The notes: generated by a model not told the origin, from the sequence alone. Positions 23,381 through 38,058 are shown, counted from the stretch's first letter. The stretch: DNA of 64,000 nt from Octopus bimaculoides (GCF_001194135.2 NC_068992.1:33506402-33570401), one strand, 5' to 3'. Made by a program: numbers and translations.

Positions 23381-25333
23381 TCACAATGTGTCTAATCGAA
23401 AGGTTAGTGATTCTTCCCTTTTAGGGTTAAGTTATTTTCGGAGTATTTTCCCTATATGCACCGTTTTGGGTATTCATACCCACCAAACCCCAAATATCTC
23501 AAGAGCCATTTATCCAGTTTACACGAAATTTGTTTTATTCCGTTTGTATTCACATTTCCTGAAAACCTTAATTCATAATATTTTCCCATTATGCGCCAGT
23601 TAAGCTGTGTAACATTGCAAGCAAGCAAGCTTGAAGTTCATATGCAAATTAGGAACTCCTTCATAGAGTAATTGCCTCATTTGTTGTGTATATAAACAGT
23701 GGCTGCTTGTTTCTGTAGAGACTGTCAGAATGATGTGGACACCTCTGATGTGAACCCAATAAGGTTCACAAATCAATTAAGGTTGTTCATCATTTTTCCA
23801 GTCTGTGGAGAAAATACCATATGTTACACACACATATATATATATATAGTTAATTAAAAATGAAGGAAAAAGAAAAAAAATCAATACTGGTATATGCAAA
23901 GTATTAATAAGACATTCAGAGAAGGAAAGAAAGAGTGATGTTTTACGTTTGAAGCAAAGCTCTTGTTTGAAAATAGGAGACATAGGAAAGTCCAAAAGAA
24001 AAGGAAGAAGGGAAATAATCGTCAACAGTCCATATGTAGTTACATACACACATATATATATATACATGTAGTAAAATGAAAATACCAATTACAAATAGAC
24101 CAAAACTTCATTAATGGAAGCATAAAACAAATAAATGTAGAAATCTTTATCAAAATTAGCATCATGTTTTTCCTTTTACTTTAAGCATTCACTTTTTGTC
24201 TCAAGATACGGACTAGAAACATTGTTTATCTTTATAGTCAGTAATAGTTTTCCTTCAAATAACCCTTTGTCAACACTCCTAGCATTATGTCTACTTGTCT
24301 TTCTGTTCACTTCAAAACTTAATTTCATTTATTCTTGTTTTGAGTAAAAAAACCTTTTGATATTCAATAAGATTCTTATCTTACACAGACATTTATTTGC
24401 TTGCACCCCTTCATATGCACACAAACACTCGCCCCAACACACATACATACACACACACACATACATATACACACACTAATACAGACGTATATATATATAT
24501 ATACTTTTATTTATCTAGACACATACACACACACACTTTCTTTTCTATATATTTTATGTATTTACTTCTACTTTTGTTTTCTAACTCCACGGGCATCCTA
24601 TTTATACACCTATATGTCTGGAAAACTCACATACATACCTACCCATATATACATACATATACTTACCTACCTATAACTATTGGTAATTCATGTCTTTTTT
24701 TTTATAGCTAAGTTAAATTAATATTTTTCTAATTTTTTGTTTCCTACCAGCATGTATTTATTTAACCATATGTGTCATCGTACGAGAAAATTTTGACTGC
24801 ACTTTCTAGCGAATAACTCATAACCATCCTTTGATTATCATTGGCATTTTCAAATCATTATAATTATTACAGGATTATACTCGGCATTTTCAAATTATTG
24901 TAACCATTATATCACACATGTAAACAACAATCCCAACTTGTTATCAAAGGTTATATACTTATTTTAAGTAACATTTTTGAGATAGCAAAAATATCCATAT
25001 CATTTTGAAAATTATATTTTTTTAAAACCTTGTTGTATGTAGACATATGATAGCCGATAACAGTATAGGAGCTTTTAAATGCCCTTTATGGGGTTATTAC
25101 CCAGATGATATTGAATATATATCATCAGTACTTGATATTCAAGGCTGTGAAGCTATTACTTAGGGATTCCTTATAACAAAAACAGTTGTAAGCTAATAAA
25201 GTTCATATGATAATTGTTTATTTCTTTGTTATTTTCTTTTCTTACAACTGCTCTGTTCTCAAATAATGCTTACTTCTGAAACATAAGTACATTGAGTTGT
25301 ACACCAGGTTTTTAGTCTCAGAATGCATAAGTG

Positions 25334-25372
<39 letters not shown>

Positions 25373-25559
25373 TGCATCTGATAGACACCTTATACTAGGT
25401 ATGACAGACAAACTTGTCATATTTTACAGTTATTGATGAGGAGCTTGAAAAGGTACGCATGTAGGTAATGATTTATTTGCATTTTTCAGTTAGTATCAGT
25501 ATTTGAACCAGTTCAGATCTTGCATTTACTATTGAAACATTCTCAAAACGTTGTATCTG

Positions 25560-25812
25560 GGACACATATATGAATATATAGATGGGTGCAGATGTGGCAG
25601 AAATGTTAGCACGCCGGGTGAAATGCTTAGCAGTATTTCGTCTGCCGCTACGTTCTGTGTTCAAATTCTGCCGAGGTCGACTTTGCCTTTCGTCCTTTCG
25701 GGGTCGATTAAATAAGTACCAGTTAGGCACTGGGGTCGATATAATCGACTTAATCCCTTTGTCCTTGTTTGTCCCCTCTGTGTGTAGCCCTTTGTGGGCA
25801 GTAAAGAAATAA
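25560..25812 (+). mobile_element. tRNA-derived SINE with a conserved central domain (Meta/Nin-like), followed by a minus-strand SINE fragment to ~25950
   Basis: tggcagaaatgttagcac...gttcaaattctgcc (A/B-box-like); cctttcggggtcgattaaataagtaccagtt...tggggtcgat. Confidence 0.65.
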
Positions 25813-26039
25813 GAAGCTTTCTTCCCAACTACATGATTCTGGATTGTGTCTCACTGCGTGGGACCTTGGGAAGGTGTGTTCTACTTTAGCCTTGGGCCGA
25901 CCAAAGCCTTGTGAGTGAATTTGGTAGATGGAAACTGAAAGAAGTCCATCATATATATATATATATATGGTATCAAGAATACCATATCTGGTGAACAATT
26001 TGTGTAAAAAACTTATAACCACAGATGTCAGCTTTTTAC

Positions 26040-27330
26040 ATTTATACATTTCAGGCTACTTTGAGAAACTGTCTACCACAAGGTAATATGAACTCTTAAG
26101 TGGACCTGCATAATCAACATGCAGTCTGAGCCATGGAATATGTTTTTGGCCACAGTTGCCATTTAGTTGTAAGTGCTTTTGTAGCTAAGGCACACAATCT
26201 GAATATCTTCACTAGTTCTTCAATGTCATGGTCCATTGTTGGTCAATATTCATAACTTCTCATTAACAACTTCATTCTCAAATACACATTTTACATACTC
26301 TACATGTTGGTCCCTGGATTCACTTTAATGAGTATATATTATCCAGATATGGAATTATGAATTCACAGTCCATTAACATTGCATCCATAATCTGTTGAAA
26401 AATTGCCAGTGCAACTTATAAGCCAAATGGTAACTTGTATCTATACAGTCCATTATGTGTGTTAATCGTTAAGTATTTAGAGTATTAATTGTCTACTCCA
26501 ATTTGTAGGTACGTGTCAGAGAGATCCAATTTAGAAAATGTCTTGCCACCACTTAATTTCACAAAAATGTCCTCTGAAGTAGGTAACAGATAGCAGAATG
26601 TTTTAAGATATTCATTTAAACAAATGGAAAATCAACACACACCCTAATTTTATAATTCTTTTTCTTAACATCCACATTGGTGCTGCCCACTGACTATATC
26701 CTACTTTTTAGATAAGTCCAATATTTTTCCAGTCTCTCTAACTCTAAGTTTATCTGTTCTATCTTGGTTTAAATATAGGTATGGCGTTTTTTTTTTTTTT
26801 TTATTTGAAGCATTGCCTTCATTTTGGTACATAGACCTAATCAGACAGAACTTGAGGAAAAATCTTTTTTTTTTATCAATTCATCTGATGATTTATTTGT
26901 GCTGGCAGAAAAACCATTCACATCTTTACAGAAATTATTTATGGGGAGGTCTCATAAGTTAAATAATTCCATCCAGTCTGTTCCAAATAAATTTGTATTA
27001 TCCAACACAAGAACTTTGGCTTTTAAGGTTTTTCCATGAAATGTAATGTCATTTGACAATTCACCCTTAGAATGTAATTTTTTTTCCTGAAACACCACAG
27101 GCAAATTTCAAAGTTTCTTTTAATCTAGATCACTCAATTTTTTTCCATGTATCTGTGTTACTTATCGAGATATTGCTGTCCATATCCAATTGTAACTTTA
27201 CATTTGTGTTATTAATTTTTACATACAGAAATTTCCTTTGAGGCTCATTTTTTTTTTTTTTTTGTCAGTGATAACCTGTTTATGTAATTTTTTTCTATTG
27301 AATCATCCATCTCATCTCATCTCATTAAAA
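26040..27330 (-). mobile_element. Gypsy pol remnant (protease, RT, integrase fragments; internally deleted)
   Basis: Minus strand: KTLKAKVLVLDNTNLFGTDWMELFNL; LPTSEDIFVKLSGGKTFSKLDLSDTYLQ...YRYKLPFG...FQQIMD...YLD; PWLRLHVDYAGP. Confidence 0.8.
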
Positions 27331-28969
27331 ATGATGATGAAGATGGAGATGATGATGAGGATGAGGATGATGATGATTCAAATCTCAAATCTGTTTTCTT
27401 TCCACAAGATAGGCATGATCAGTTGTAATCTAATTTAACTTTGATTTTATATGAAAAAATTTACTAAGAACAAATATTATTATTTTTATTATTGTTAGCA
27501 CTATTACATGACCATAATCTCGTTCTTTGGACTTAATTTTGTCGAACTAACATGTAGGTATTCTCTTCTCACTGAAAAAGCTGACTGACTTAAAGTGCAC
27601 ATTCTTGTTAAATTGTAAACTAGTGAATGATGATTGTTGTTTATAGCTTTGCCGACAGCTTTGTGAGCTTTTGTCACCATCTTGGCTATGATACAAAGAT
27701 CACTTATCTTGATTATAACGACAATTTTGATTTCTTAAACTCCTCTAACGATTCCCCAGCCATGCTAGAGAAGCTCACAAGGGATTGAAAATCAGTTGAC
27801 TTTTAAAAAAATGGCTGATCTGATAGTTAATAACTTCCCTTTCAGGTAATTGAATTAGTTGACTTAGAGTTAGTTTTCTTTTTTCTACCAGCCCCACCCC
27901 CAATGCAATGATAAAAGTGAGAGATACACATTGCTGTATTCAACAAATGTGTGATCTCCAATCTCAACTGGAGGTTATTCTTCACATAAGTTCACTTATT
28001 CCAGACACTCTTATATTTAAATATCCTCCAGCTGCTATTAATATGTACTACATGATCAGTACATTGGTCAAGTCTGGGTGCCTGATCTGCCAGTATAATA
28101 CCTTATGAAACCACAGCCAACAGTAATATGGACTTAGCAGTTTCTTTTAGTTTTTCAAACTCCTCTACCTTTCTTCCTTATCTGGCCCTCATATTTAGGT
28201 TAACGGTGATACCACATTGGTGGTGAATTGAAGACCATGACTATAAACTTCACATTCAACATATAATTTTTGTATCTATTGTAGTTGATGGCAAAACACA
28301 GACACAGATTCAAAGAAGGATATAAGCCTGCAAGACAAAATATAACACCAGTATAAGTAAATAAATAAGAGAAATGAAATCAAAATTTCAAAATTCATTA
28401 AAAATTTTGATACTTTGATGTAACATTCATTCACAGAAGTTATACACTTTGGCATAATAGATCAAAAATATGATGATATAATTACTTATAACTCAAAGAT
28501 GCTGATAAGTAGTTCTTAGAAGTTATTTCAGTTTAGCTGAATTGTAAAGAATGAAATAATTGTTTATGATATTTTCCTTTGTTGTACTTATGTTCATCAC
28601 ATGATTAAGTTAGTTTCTTCAAAGGCTATAAACTGAATCTAATTTAAAAGAATATCAAGACATTAGTCAATTTTCAGTGCTCCCACTATCTTTAGTTTGA
28701 AATGTACTCTGTTGGAGTATTTTAGGTTTAGAAAAATTCTTACTTAGCAAAGGTATTCAGGTCAACTGTTTTTTGGTTTTTACACTTTATCTCCTGTACA
28801 CACAGCACAAAAGTATCATGTTAAAACAAAAGGAAACCGCCCCCCCCCTCCCAAAAAAAAAAACAATCTAAAAGAAGTAGACATGCAGCATTGTCAAAAA
28901 TAAATAGTAAAATTAGTTTTAATGTCTCTTAGAAAAGGTTTATACTAATTGTACTCCTTTAAGCAATTC

Positions 28970-29900
28970 TACTACACCACCTTTACTGTCATCCTCCATT
29001 CACATCATTTACCCATCCCAGTGCAGTCTGTTGCACACAATAATTGATTCCTCTTATAATCAGTTTGTCTCTCAGTTCATTTATACTTATTTATCATGGC
29101 ATATCCAGTGACATTTGCTTATCCCATCTGCTTGTTTTCTACACTCAAAACCAATGTTTTATTGTTATGTAGCAGTGCATTTTACATACAAACAGCATGC
29201 AATATGCTCAACTCATTCTTTTTCGAAGCATCGACACCCCACTGCCCCAATATAATCAGGTCACCAAGGTAGCAAAAGCTTTTAACTACATTTAGAGAGC
29301 CTTCTAGGCTTTCTCGGCTTTTGAGAAAATCTATTTCCTGAGCAGTTTTAGTGCTTATTTCCCCAATGCACCTGCTGTATCTGAAATTTATTTTCTTTTT
29401 TAGCCAATACACTGATTACACTGGGTACACCTTAAACAATTTCTACTGATTGATTTTCTGCAGGTGAAGAAAAACCATTTTCCTGATTCTATAAGCATCG
29501 TGTTCCCTTCCTACTTAATAAACAATTCTTTTTACTAAGTATACTTTATGGCACTTCAATTCTGGATTTTGTTTCCCTGTCTGGGACTCAAGTTTGAATT
29601 CTTTGGCTGATTCTGCTATTAAGAGCCAATTTGTCAGTATACAGGAGTATCTTAAATTCCTGCTATCATTTGGAAGACTAGTAAATTTGGCAGGTTTGAG
29701 AACTGAGCTATGATGTACCGTTTCCTGCTCACTAAATTCATTTTTGAACTCAATTCTGATTTTTACTTTGCTGATTGCCTCTTTGTACATTGCCTGAATA
29801 TCCCATAAAACCTTCCATTTATACCTAGTTTCGTTAGTGACCATCAAATCACGTGAAGGACCTGTCAAAGACTTTGGCATTGAGAAGTGCACCAAACTGA
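28970..29900 (-). mobile_element. RTE LINE fragments
   Basis: GSLNVVKSFCYLGDLI; DIQAMYKEAISKVKI...EFSEQETVHHSSVL. Confidence 0.7.
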
Positions 29901-30584
29901 AGAAATCATGCCAAAACCAACACTGCAGTTCAACACCGTACTCTGGTCCATAGGGTCCTACCAAACCATCCAAACCATGCAAGCAAGGAATGTGGATGTG
30001 AAATGATGATGATGACAACAGTAATGATGACAGTGGTGGTGGTAGTAACAATGATGACAATGAGGAGGAGAATGTTTATCAGCATCAGGTACTATAAGTA
30101 AAGCACAAAACGTGAATAGCATTGCAGAATGAATACATATTAGGCAATATACTGTACAATTCTCCCTTTATGAAGTTTTGAAAAGGTACTTATTTGACTT
30201 TTCATAGCTTTGTAATATTTGCATGTATATATCATGAAACTGTATAGGAATAGAGCTAATGTAATTTGTATAAAGACAGCCCTATGTTTTTATAAATATA
30301 TGTACAACATACAATATTAACAGACACACACACACATATATATATATATACAAACATGCACATACATATGAGTATGCATATATGTACCTATATCTATATA
30401 TGTATATCGGTCTATCTATCAACAACTCCGAAACACACATAAATATATAATAATAATAATTATAACAATAATCTTTGGATGGAATTTATAAGCATTTAAT
30501 GCATTGCTATGTGCATTTACATGAATCACATGACTCTTAAGATCACAGTCCGTATTCCTGGGATGATTACAGTGTAGTCTGTAG

Positions 30585-30820
30585 TATCCATGGTTATTGG
30601 GTTGAACATTTCCACTGACTCATTTCTTCAAGCGATATAACATCAATGGATGTTTAACAGAGTTTATCCCTTTTGACTAGTGCAATCATCCATTGAACAT
30701 CTGTTAATGGATGATAACATAAACAGTTACCATCTGTTAAACTTCCATTAATATTATATCGCCTGAAGAAATGAGTCCATGAAGATGATCAACGCAATAC
30801 CCACAAATACTATAAACTAT
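30585..30820. mobile_element. Small foldback MITE
   Basis: gactcatttcttcaagcgatataacatcaatggatgtttaacaga is inverted to tctgttaaacttccattaatattatatcgcctgaagaaatgagtc; central hairpin tcatccattgaac...gttaatggatga. Confidence 0.7.
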
Positions 30821-33800
30821 ACTGTAATCAGTAAGAGACAAGATGCTGCTCAAGCCCTTGGCTTGAGTTAGTAATAAAGAGAACAGGATATTTAGCTATA
30901 GATAACAACTACTAACCATTGCAATCACTATTTAAATCAGTCACAAACAAGTATTTAACTGCAATTTCAAGACTAATTTGTGTGTTGCACAAATTGTAGC
31001 CTAACTGCATTATATCATTATATCTAACTTATATTTTCTAATATATGAAAATATTCCAATATAACATGTAAAAGCAAAGTTAAGATATAAACTCAGAAGA
31101 GGAGATGTAGTCTATTAATTCAAATTTAATATACAACTGGTATTTATTTTATTGATCCCAGAATGATAAAACACTAAGCTTTTTGGAAAAATAACTGAGG
31201 ATGCAGGTATAAGAAACTACATAATATAAGGATGGTGATGATTATGGCAACAATGATGGTGGTAGGGCTCATAGTGGTAGTGGCAGCAGCAATGGTGGTG
31301 GTGGGGTTCATAGTGGTAGTGGCAGCAGTAATGGTGGTGGTGGTGGTGAGGAGGATGATGACAAATAACAATATTTCTCTTCCATCTACATCTACAAATT
31401 AATTATGGATTTTTAGTTTGGGAATATGCAGGTAATTCTCTATTAAGCTGCAGTGAAGTGTTCCAGAAAATATTAGTAAGGAATGTACATTATAAATATT
31501 ATAATAGCAACGTTGGACCACTAATTAGGAAACCATGTATTGTGAATATCAATGTAAAGTCTCTTTATTGATTTATGGACACATGGACAGTAAATTACCA
31601 AAATCCTTTGATGGAATATTTACTATGACTTGCTCAATTGGAGACAATCCATTAGCTAAAGAGAAAAGAAATTTATAGAGAAGTGCTCTATGTAACTGTG
31701 TCACAGAACAACTTTCTGATCAGGTTTTGGCCAAAATATAGAATGAGTCGAATAAACATCATAATATTATGACAACATTATGGCAATTTTGTTACATATT
31801 ATAATACATATAAGGACTGTAAAACCTAATAGAAACTTACATTCTTTGAAAATCAGAAATGCGTTTCAACCTTTTGATGCTAGGTTGTACCTAATAATAC
31901 CTAAAATATTAGATATATACTTGAGATCAAATCAGTGAAAGATGGTTGCTGATTAATGAAGTTTATATAGTTGATTCATTTATATTCTCTTTCTTTGCTC
32001 AGTCACTGTTTTGTATTCTCTATACTTTCTTTGTTTTATTTCATAACAAAGATATTTGATTGCAAAATATCAAAGGTTAAGAAAATTAGTATTTTAATTG
32101 AACAGCTTGAATTGTATAGTTTAATTGTATAGTTTAAATTTTGTGACAATCCAACAAGAGAGTTGAGAAATGTACAAAGTAGCATTGTATGAGTCTACGT
32201 CATAGAGAAACTGACTGAAGATATTTTACCAAAATATTGAATGAATTAGACAAACATTGTAATATGAGTGGCAAACCACTTTCAAAAGAACATTAAAAGG
32301 CACACTAGTAATATATTATGCAAGTTTTGCACTGGAAATATTTTATTATTGAATCTCCATCTTTTCCTCATATTTCTTCCTTTGAAACAGAAATATTAAG
32401 CTAAACTTCAGAACATAATGCTTTTTGATTGTCAATCTAATTTCAGCATCTCAATGTTTCTGTTAAACTGTCAACCTTTTGTTGTTTTGTCCATTGTCTT
32501 CCTTCTTAACTGAAATAAATACCATTTTGAACAAAGAATCCATTATAGTAAACAATAATTTTCTAATATAACATCTTTGACAATCAGTCAAGTATCAAAT
32601 CTATCTATACCAGGCCTAGTATATGAGATGAATTTCTTAAGTGAATACTTTAAGTTTAAATGAACACATTAAAGTTGGCCGTATGTTTAAGAATTTTATG
32701 TTGCAACCATGAAGTCCTAGTTTAGATCTTGCTGTTGGCTGAATCGACCAATATTTTATGCATGAAATTCGCTATACCAAAATTGTGTAAAGTCTCTCAT
32801 GTAGGTGTGTATATATACTTCACTAATATATTTAACAAAAGATATAAATATCAGCACCAAAACTGATAACCCCAGTGCTTTCAAGCTGAAATATCATGTG
32901 CTATTTGTTCCACTTAAGTTGCATGGACACTTCGAAGTTACTCTTGGTACTGTAAATGCAGTGAACCGGTTTGGCCTGTTGGAAAATTATAGACAATGAT
33001 TTTACTGTTCAGAAAAATATGATATAAATATAAAAGATAAATTCATAAATTTCTCATTATGTTAATGAGAAACAATATAACGTATGAAAATCATTCTGTT
33101 CATTCTAAAGGAATATTAAAAATAAACTCACAATTCAAAGAAACTGATAGTGGTCTGTGCCTGCAGAAATTCTACATTGAGGATCATTCACTTGCATGAA
33201 TTTGAATTCTGTGATGAGAAAATGAATGTAATATTTTGGGAATGACTTCTTTTAGATGTCAGGATGAAAAATAACTTTTCTTTTAGACTAAGAACAGTTT
33301 TAAGTGGTCCTAAGTCATCAGATTTCTCTTCACAAAGTTTATGAACATCTCCAAACTAATGAACTTTGCAACCAATTAAAGCAATAATTCTTTCTGTAAA
33401 TAAAACTATCTTTTCATTTTGTTTAGCTCCAGATCAAATTATCCAGCACAGAGCAGCTCAATGTTTGAAGAAATTCTTGCTGGGTTTTTTGATATCTAAG
33501 ACTACATTGTCTAGTAGGCCATTTTTAAAATAATGAAAGAAAAAAGATGGTAAAATAAAACTTGAGAAAGATTTGGCTGCTGTTTCTAGAAATTCAAGCC
33601 ACTGTTAAAAGGCTTCCTCTTGGGCTCTTATAATCAATTGTTACAATATTTGACAAACTGATTTCATTGGCTGTTACAGAACATCTGGGAAGAGGCATGA
33701 CCCTGTCCATTAGATGTTTGATTCACAAACTGCTGTGTAGTTCTGTGCTTGAATTTACTGTATGGAATCTAGGCAAATATCTTACCATAGTCTAAGTTTC

Positions 33801-34829
33801 ACCATTACCTTGTGAGTTGAATTAAGTTTATGGAAAATGTGTAGAAGCCTGTCATACACACACTCATATACATCATCATCCTTATCATGTAATATATGGT
33901 TTCTATGCTGGCATGTGCTTAATGGTTTGAGAGAATTGGACAAAATGGAAGGTTGCATAATGCACCAATACTATTGGTATAGTTTTTTTATAGCCAGATA
34001 CCCTTCATGAAGTCAACTAATTTACAGAGTATAGAGGTTGTTTTTTCCTGACACTCGCTAGCACTGGTGATGACTGCCTTGTAACTTGCAATGTGAAGGT
34101 CCTAAAGTGGCCCCTATAAGAGAGATTGAATAAGAGAAAGTAGGTGATGAAGGGCAGCAAATAAGAGGAGAGAATGGAAGAGTATAGCAGGGAACAAGGG
34201 AGAGGAAAAGGGATAGTGACAGGGGTTACAGAGAAAAAGGGAGTAATAGAGTTGAAAGGTGATAGGGTGGATTGTGCAAGGGATGGATTCTAGGGCTAAC
34301 ATTATAAGAGGCAAATATGGACTGATGTATGGGAAAGGGGACAGGAAAGGAGCAATAGAGCAGAGAGTCATTGAAAGAAACTGAAGTATGGGTATTTGTG
34401 GGGGTTGGTTAGAGGAAGAAAGAAAGGAGCAGATAATGAGAGAAAAAGAAGCAGAGAGTGGGGTCAAAGAGCTACTGAAGAGTACCAGATAGGCAGGAGG
34501 AAGAGAAAAACCAGGGTGTGAAGGCTGTGAAAGCATCCTGCATTGGGAAACAGGGGAAAGGATGGTAAGTGAGATTGGGAAAACCAATAAGGGAAAGAAA
34601 GATCTGAAAGTAGCCTAGATTTGTAAGGACAGGTAGTAAGATATTTAAAAGAAAAGCTGTGGAGTAACCCAGGAGGGAATGTGCTGTGAATGAGGAAGAG
34701 ACGGAAATCTTGGAGGGCTGATGTAAGATGATGGGGGCAATAGGCTGGGCTTGGTAGAGAACAGTATGTATATATGTATGTGAAGGTGAGAGAGTGAGAG
34801 ATAGGGAAAATAGAGAGAGTGTTGTGTGA

Positions 34830-35450
34830 GAGATAGTATTAGAGCTTCTTAATCATTGCCTGTTCATTTGAGTGTCTTTCCTGCGAGTAGATAGGTTCGT
34901 GAGTAGCACTGCATAATACCAGTCAGTATATTCCTTTGTCATCTCTGTGAGAAGTAACATCTTCAGTTCTGGCTTTAATACTTCCCCCAGTGTCTTCTTG
35001 AGTTACCCTCTTCCACAAATTCCACTAACTTAGAGTATGTAACACTGTATGCAGCAGTCACTCTCCGTACATATTACATACTTGTATCAGTGCTGCACAC
35101 TTCACCTTACTCATCTTATACCCAGTTTTAATTTTATTCAGGCATTCAAGTTAACATTGCACATCCATCAGAGTATGCTAGCTTCATTTCTTTCAAGTCT
35201 TTTCTGACGTTCTCCACTCAAAGCCCATAACTTTGTTACCATGCAATATTGCAGTTCTAAAAGAAACTTCCACACTGAAGGAAAAGACCTTTGTTGCCAG
35301 TAGCAGTAATAGTTCCCTGAATATTTTGCTGTCCATTCTTACCATTACTGCTATACTTGTCTCTTTCAAAAGCCAAATAATGAAACAACTGCACAGAACA
35401 AGGAAAGACTTATTCCTCACATTCTCTTGTCATGAAAAGATTTCTTCTCA
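34830..35450 (-). mobile_element. RTE LINE 3' fragment
   Basis: KIFRELLLLLATKVFSFSVEVSFRTAILHGNKVMG. Confidence 0.7.
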
Positions 35451-36349
35451 ATGTCAAAGGCCTAGGCTACACAATCTTTGTTGTGTCTCCCTTGGTGTAT
35501 ATTGCCAAAAGAACACCAGAAAGACAAAGATTAATCTTTAGAGCAAGAAATGATTCCAACTCTAATCCCTTTCTAACTTATTTGAGCTTCTCAAAGATAA
35601 AGTATTTTAAAATCTTAGAACATTGCTGCTGCTGCTGCACACACAAACATGCTACACAAAATCTCCACTGATTCTGATTGCTAAGTGTTTTGCAACTAGC
35701 TCACAGGTGTAATCAAATGATGAGGTGTTTTCTCTACTTTTTCTACAGCTAATAAACAAAGGTCCCATATACTCCATAAGTGGATAAATATATCTCACTT
35801 CCTGTTAAGCTTATTGCCACATTTCACACACAAAACACTTCACCCAATCCTTTCTTCAGAGAAAAAGCTTCCCTTGAAATTTTTTCCAAACCATATTTTT
35901 CTTACAAACACTAAATTATAAATACTTCCATATCTCTCAGGGAATATCAATTTTTCTACTATTAATATTGTTTTCTGGCTGTTTTCTCTGGCCTTAAATT
36001 TCTAAAATGAATACAATGCCATAACTTTACTATAGTTTGGGTGAATTGATTTAAAAAGGCTGCTGACGATCATCAGTTACTGATTCACTCAATGTGAATG
36101 ATTTGTTAGAACACTGAATACTATAGTATTCTCCTTGAGTGGTAAATACTGAAGTTTCCATCTACTAAATCCACTCATAAGGCTTTGGTAGGTCTAAAGT
36201 TATTGTAGAAAACACATGCCCAAGGTGCCATGCAGTGTAACTGAACCTAGATTCTTACCACACTGCCATGCCCGCACCTATGTATATATATATATATATA
36301 TACCACAGATATATATTATAAACACACAGATACACATTAATACCTGAAT

Positions 36350-37400
36350 TTTAAATTGCCCCATCCACCGCATACAAAACGTAGCATCCTATACTGCTTA
36401 GCCAGAAGAATCTGTACCATTGTAGAAGAATTGAAGATCAGGAATCAGCACCTGATGGAACTGAAAGAATTTCTGCTCAAACAAAAATATCCATCACTAC
36501 TTATAGAAAATGGTATTCAGCGGGCTCTGAAAATACGCACACAATAACTGTGGACAACACAAAGAAGATAAAAACAACAACAGATTATACCATTTATAGT
36601 GACGCACAATCCATGCCACCAGAACATCTTCAATATCACTAAAGTAAACCTACCGATCATTGCTCAAAGTAAGGAATTAAGAGATATCATTACAGACCAA
36701 ACTATAACTCTCAGTAAATGACAGCTTTAAAGCTTGAAAAAGTTATTAACAAAGACCAACCATTCATTGTGTCTAAATACACTGATAGCCAATTAATTCA
36801 TACTGGTCCATATATGAACACAAAAACGGAGAAAATATTCACAAAAGCAAATATGAACTGCAAAAGCAGAAATTTAATCTACTGTATCAAATGCCCTAAT
36901 TGTGAAGAACTGTATGTTGGCCAGACAGGCAATGCACTATCAGAACACTCATGTGCACTGACAACAAATTAAAAATCCAGAAGTCCGCCAAATACCACTG
37001 AGTAACCATCTAGCAATATGTGGCCAGAAAATATTTATGATATTTCCATTTCATAAACTATACAATCTGAATGAAATGGAGAGAAAACTTTAGAGAAAAG
37101 GACTTTATTAATAAATTCAAACTCAATGTTCAAAAGTCTTATCCTCATATCTAAAAAATAAAAATCTCTAAAAAGTACTGCTGTCATCATTTCCAACAAT
37201 AAACACTGAAAAATGGGATGGCATCATTTCTAAAAATAGACAAGCAACTACTACTTCTATCCACAGGAATATATATAAGGGACAAAATTTAACCAATCAA
37301 CCACAGTTGAAACCAATGAACACAACTATCACCACAACCATATGAACCTGAAGATTGCATAAATGCAAGAAAGTATACTAGTTCAATAAGAATGGACATT
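36350..37400 (+). mobile_element. Penelope-like element, 5'-truncated, same family as 21680-23380
   Basis: PHPPHTKRSILYCLARRICTIVEE...LKQKYPSLLIENGI; MNCKSRNLIYCIKCPNCEELYVGQTGNALSE (GIY-YIG). Confidence 0.9.
37343..37385 (+). ncRNA. Minimal type I hammerhead ribozyme with palindromic helix III
   Basis: TGAAC / CTGAAGA / TTGCA-TAAA-TGCAA / GAAA / GTATAC-T-A / GTTCA; conserved core complete, predicted cleavage after 37380 (CUA). Confidence 0.85.
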
Positions 37401-38023
37401 TAATATTTCATTTTTTCAATAAGAATAGACAACTAATACTTCATTTCATTTCTTTTTACTATATTATTTTATATCTTATATTAATATTATAAGATTATAA
37501 ATAAAATGTGAAAAACTGAGTTGGAATTCCTTTGAGTATTATATTCTTCTATACACAAACATACAAACCCCTTTGTGTATATGTGTGTGTGTGTGTATAC
37601 ATATGTATATTTTATATATTATATATATGTATATATACACATAATATATATATATATTTGAGCTGAGAAATGAATGGAATGACTGGTGTGTCTTGTGGCT
37701 ACCCCCTCCTAAAAAATGGGGAATAGGCCTGGGTATATCTAAAAATATATATATATATATATATATTTTATTAAAAAAAATTTGCAAAGACATCACAAAA
37801 ACTGTTACTCAGAGTCTCACGTTCTTGTTCATTGGACAGTTTGGTTTGGTTTTGGTTTAGATTCCAAACCAAAACTTTCCAATAAGCAGGAACGTGGAAA
37901 TCTGAGTAACAGTTCTTGTGATGTCTTTGCAACTTTTTTAATAAAGCATATTACTTTACCTCCAGTATTCGAATACTATTTTTCCCACCCTGTTTCACAT
38001 TTATGTGCTTATTTGGTATTCAT

Positions 38024-38058
<35 letters not shown>

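Noticed and set aside
24397-24711. YIYI/HTHT/CVCV-rich ORFs (also 2230-2558, 59328-59907 and others)
   Set aside because: Translations of (TA)n and (CA)n microsatellites.
26885-26911. CTGATGA...GAAA hammerhead match
   Set aside because: No helix II pairing; lies in Gypsy coding sequence.
34110-34830. 157-aa ORF (34114-34587) and the similar GA-rich ORF at 61435-61755
   Set aside because: Low-complexity purine tracts with no domain similarity.
35760-35900. Zinc-finger exon (minus strand, CVKCGNKLNRK)
   Set aside because: In-frame stop, no H-x3-H spacing and no TGEKP linker.
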